Source of the DNA: Verrucomicrobiales bacterium
GTDB taxonomy: Bacteria > Verrucomicrobiota > Verrucomicrobiia > Verrucomicrobiales > V1-33
Length of the DNA: 10,322 nt
Reading direction: 5' to 3'
NCBI GenBank assembly: GCA_031411295.1
Contig: JANOAV010000003.1
Location: 1-10,322 of the forward strand
Shown: positions 7,304 to 10,322 of the stretch, one piece after another
Layout: every line of letters begins with the position of its first letter
Numbering within the stretch: position 1 is the stretch's first letter
Program-made: the position numbers and the translations under genes
The notes under the pieces: generated by a model
Databases searched by the model: none
Told to the model about the DNA's origin: nothing
The model's input: only the letters and a program-made list of their open reading frames with translations

Positions 7304-8284
7304 TCACGGAGCGGTCCAGTTCTGAATCGGACCAGCCGCGCTGGGGCCGCTGGCGTTGAGGGCTACGAGCCAGATCTGGTAGAGTCCGCCGCTGACCCAG
7401 GTAATGGTGGCGGGGATGAGCACGGAGGTCTCTCCGAACCCGCCCGTGTGGAGTTGTTCCGGCATGCCGCCGGGGGCGATGCGCCAGGCTTCCAGGCGAC
7501 TGCCGCGCGCGGGCATCGTGGTGGTGCTCAGGGTGCGGGTGGCGGGCGTCCAGAGGGTATCGACGGGGGCGTCCGGCACGTCCACTACGGGGCGGCGGAG
7601 GATGCCCACATCGAACAGGCTGTCCACCTGTTCCGGGGTGGCGTTCCAGACCATCATGCCGCAGCCAATGAGTTTATAGATGGACTTGGCACAGCCGATG
7701 CGCACCGAGTCCAGGGTGTTGCGCGTGGTTTCCACGTTGGATTTAGCCACCGTCTGCGCATCCCGCAGCGCGCGCACCGCCGTGGCGAACGTATTCACCG
7801 TGGCGCCCAGGGAGACGAGAACCGGTTTGGTGCTCTGGGCCGCCAGTCCGGCCGCCAGATTTTCCAAGGCGGTGAGACGCAGTTCATACGCCCCCGTGGT
7901 GAAGGATTCCCGTCCATCGGGTAACAGACTCATATAAACGGGCCCTTGATAGGCGACCTGGGTGCGGATGGTGGCATCCCAGGATTCCAGTGGGCTGGGC
8001 GTATTGGCATCCGGCGTCCGGGTCAGACTGGCAATTTTATCCTCGAAGGCGAAGGTGGACGCGGGCAGGGCCGCGCTGGCATTGGCCCACGCCATGGACG
8101 CCCCATTCCAGGCCCCCACCAGCATGGATAACTCCCCCATGGGACCGGCAAAATCCGCAATTCCCGTCGTCACGACCGTGGCCCGAGGCATCAGATCGGC
8201 TAAAAATTCGTCCATCAGGGCGAAGCGCTTCCGGGTGGCGGATTCAAATTGATTTTCGGCGTATTTGGATGGTTCGGCAGGCAT
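7304..8284 (-). CDS. Hypothetical protein: helical N-terminal domain plus C-terminal fibronectin type III-like domain
   Basis: The ATG at 8284 (MPAEPSKYAENQF) follows an AT-rich leader. The body is Ala-rich and helical. The C-terminus PDAP...W ... YQIWLVALNASGPS is FN3-like. No signal peptide is visible. Confidence 0.75.
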   Translation of the reverse strand: MPAEPSKYAENQFESATRKRFALMDEFLADLMPRATVVTTGIADFAGPMGELSMLVGAWNGASMAWANASAALPASTFAFEDKIASLTRTPDANTPSPLESWDATIRTQVAYQGPVYMSLLPDGRESFTTGAYELRLTALENLAAGLAAQSTKPVLVSLGATVNTFATAVRALRDAQTVAKSNVETTRNTLDSVRIGCAKSIYKLIGCGMMVWNATPEQVDSLFDVGILRRPVVDVPDAPVDTLWTPATRTLSTTTMPARGSRLEAWRIAPGGMPEQLHTGGFGETSVLIPATITWVSGGLYQIWLVALNASGPSAAGPIQNWTAP

Positions 8285-8410
8285 AATGGTGGTGGTTTGA
8301 TGGTTTAATAATGAAGAAATAGTGAAAAAACCGGGTAAAAACCCCGAGGCGGAATGACTGAACTGGCACTGGCACGCTCTGGAAAGAGCCTGGGGACATC
8401 CACGCTCGAT

Positions 8411-8744
8411 GTTTGCAACTGCAAACACCGGTTGTGGACGTCCGGGTAACGTGTTTGCAACTGCAAACGCCGGTTGTGGACGTCCATGTAACGTGTTTGC
8501 AACTGCAAACGCCGGTTGTGGACGTCCGGGTAACGTGTTTGCAACTGCAAACGCCGGTTGTGGAAGTCTGGGTAACGTGTTTGCAACTGACAACGCCGTT
8601 TGTGGACGTCCGGGTAACGTGTTTGCAACTGACAACGCCGATTGTGGAAGTCCTGGGAACGCGTTTGCAACTGACAACACCTCGTCCGGATGTCCGGGGA
8701 GCGTGTTTGTAACTACCAACGCGCTCTGTGGACCTTCACAGGGC
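8411..8744. repeat. Tandem array of eight 42-bp units
   Basis: Consensus GTTTGCAACTGCAAACGCCGGTTGTGGACGTCCGGGTAACGT. Units start at 8411, 8453, 8495, 8537, 8579, 8621, 8663 and 8705. The array decays toward 8744, with a degenerate partial unit before 8411. Confidence 0.95.
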
Positions 8745-8773
8745 TAAATGCTGACTGGCGTGCCTTGGTCTGG

Positions 8774-8804
8774 AGGAAACCAACTGGATGCGGAAGGAAA
8801 CCAA
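8774..8804. repeat. 31-bp dispersed repeat, copy 2
   Basis: Identical to 4988-5018. Confidence 0.85.
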
Positions 8805-9200
8805 ACGACTTACTGAACTAAATCCTCCGCAACGTAAACAAGCAACCATGAAAACCGAGTAACCGAATGTTCATGACTCACTACAGTGGAATGCAAACCG
8901 CTATATTGCGTCAATAAATAACCAAGACAGAGGGAATCTATAATACCGGGCACATTCTGTCCAGTTTATTTTTACATTTTTGTTATTTTTTACGCCGTGA
9001 ATGCAGCGACAACGTGCTGCCCCGGAACCACAGGCTCGAAAAAGTCACGCCTTTCCGCCTCCTCCACGGATACTCCATCAACTCCACCCCTCCAAAAAAT
9101 CTCCCCCAGCAACCACCACCCCGCCCCGCCCCCCACCAGATCCCAGCAGAAACTGCCAAACAGGTGACGTAGCCTCCCCCACAGTTCCCCAAAAACCCGT

Positions 9201-9394
9201 TGTCCTCATCCGCAGGAATCCACGCGCATCTGAGCGAAAATCGACAATAAAGTTGACGGCCACGCGCCTCTGTGACTAAATCCCACCTAAATTCCACTAT
9301 GAAATCATTACCCCGCGCCAAAACCGACAATGCTGTCGCTTATAAAGAAGCTCGGTATACATCGACACTTCTGTCGGTGATTAAGTAGTTCTGC
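9201..9394 (+). other. attI/Pc-like cassette platform, copy 2
   Basis: Ungapped paralogue of 5191-5378 at an offset of 4010 bp. It ends at the G|TTCTGC crossover (9388). Confidence 0.7.
9299..9388 (+). CDS. 29-aa leader ORF within the platform, copy 2
   Basis: MKSLPRAKTDNAVAYKEARYTSTLLSVIK*, 23/29 aa identical to copy 1. Confidence 0.45.
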   Translation: MKSLPRAKTDNAVAYKEARYTSTLLSVIK

Positions 9395-9416
9395 CAACCA
9401 CAACACGCTACTCGCC

Positions 9417-10025
9417 ATGACACGATCACGGTTCCTTTTCTTGTTTGGAGCATCTGCTGGCACAGCCATAGCAGTTGACCGAACCCCGGCAGAAGCAGCC
9501 GAAGATGCTGAGATTTGCAGTGTGGCTGCCCGCATCATGGAGGCATACGCAGCAGCCGACTTCTCTACCGTGGCAGGCTTAATGCACCCGGCAGCCTTGC
9601 GGTTGGTCTTTGACTCAGTCTGCACAGGATTTGAGCAGCTTACTGAGCGTTATGGAGAGGAGAGGGTGCTTGCGGCTTCTGGGCTTGCCGCACACCCACG
9701 GCAGCTCGGTCTTGGTCATTCGGCATTTTTTGTGCGTTTACTTGATTTGTTGGTTGAGATGCATCCGGGGATCACAGCGATACCTCCAGAGCAACGTTTG
9801 AAGATCATTGGCGGCATAGTTGATCCGCAGGGACACTTCACTTACGCTCACATTCTTTATGCCTACCGTGGCGAGATGAAGTCCGAGACCAGTCAGACTA
9901 AGTTTGTCCAGCCGAAATACCTCACTCTGATTCAGATGGGCAGTGGTTGGCAGTGCTGGTCTGCGATTGGCAGCACCACTGCATTGAACAAGTGGGGTTC
10001 GGAGCTTGCCCCGAAGAAGCCATGA
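9417..10025 (+). CDS. Secreted hypothetical protein (cassette-like; Tat-like signal)
   Basis: 202-aa ORF directly after the platform crossover. The N-terminus MTRSRFLFLFGASAGTAIA resembles a degenerate twin-arginine signal. The helix-then-strand pattern is reminiscent of NTF2-like folds (inference). Confidence 0.7.
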   Translation: MTRSRFLFLFGASAGTAIAVDRTPAEAAEDAEICSVAARIMEAYAAADFSTVAGLMHPAALRLVFDSVCTGFEQLTERYGEERVLAASGLAAHPRQLGLGHSAFFVRLLDLLVEMHPGITAIPPEQRLKIIGGIVDPQGHFTYAHILYAYRGEMKSETSQTKFVQPKYLTLIQMGSGWQCWSAIGSTTALNKWGSELAPKKP

Positions 10026-10212
10026 GGAAGACCACCGTGAGAACAAGGCCTAACCTTCAAAAATTGCTTTAAGCGGCTTTGCGCCTCAACGCTATTGGTT
10101 GTTGCACCGGCCGAGTGCTTTACTCAGCGCTTTCGCCCTCGGGGGCTGATCGGTGGGTCTATGCGGTTTGCTTCGCCAGTCGGGCGATGGCTGGCCTCAG
10201 GAACAATTTTAG

Positions 10213-10297
10213 CTCTGCGGTCCTCTGCGTTCTCCGCGGTAATTCTGAATGCTGCGGGATGGGAGTTTTACCGCAGAGGGCGCAGAGATTCGCAGAG
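10213..10297. repeat. Inverted pair of CTCTGCG/CGCAGAG short-period repeats
   Basis: CTCTGCGGTCCTCTGCGTTCTCCGCGGTAA (10213-10242) is the imperfect reverse complement of TTACCGCAGAGGGCGCAGAGATTCGCAGAG (10268-10297). Confidence 0.8.
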
Positions 10298-10322
10298 ATT
10301 GCTCGAGGCTAGTAAGGCGGGC

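Noticed and set aside
8285..8719. 145-aa N-terminal extension of the 471-aa ORF as the default gene model
   Set aside because: It consists mostly of the tandem array, which is open in several frames anyway. The AT-rich leader before ATG 8284 looks like a normal translation start. The extension is kept only as an alternative.
8411..8744. CRISPR or TIGR-type guide array
   Set aside because: Units begin GTTT and contain palindromes, but the would-be spacers are near-identical between units, and no cas or Nop-domain gene is visible.
8868..8882. Possible LexA box starting TGTTC
   Set aside because: Only one half-site is present; the GAACA arm is missing.
8805..9200. Integron integrase remnant divergent from platform 2
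   Set aside because: Minus-strand ORFs here are Gly-rich and low-complexity, with no tyrosine recombinase motifs, and nothing similar precedes platform 1.
10079..10312. 77-aa ORF at the right end
   Set aside because: It has a TTG start and runs through palindromic repeats, which explain its LCVLRG and QRAQRFAE content.

Overview
The window looks Verrucomicrobia-like (inferred from gene and repeat style only). The left part holds the 3' end of an IS630-family transposase, REP-like palindromes, a DUF4058 gene, a polyvalent-protein-type Ser/Thr/Tyr kinase gene with a nested small ORF, rsmB, and a secreted hypothetical protein. The right part is accessory and integron-like, although no integrase is visible in the window. 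It has two ungapped copies of a 188-bp platform, about 83% identical and exactly 4010 bp apart (5191-5378, 9201-9388). Each platform has a TTGACG box, CGACA-N4-TGTCG palindromes and a conserved 29-codon leader ORF. The G of the leader's TAG stop is also the G of a GTTRRRY-like crossover, after which the copies diverge into different cassette-like genes: a TIR gene with a canonical attC plus two hypothetical genes after copy 1, and a secreted protein after copy 2. Between the two platforms, on the minus strand, lies a helical + FN3-like protein gene preceded by eight palindrome-rich 42-bp tandem repeats. At least five unrelated palindromic repeat families are scattered through the intergenic DNA.
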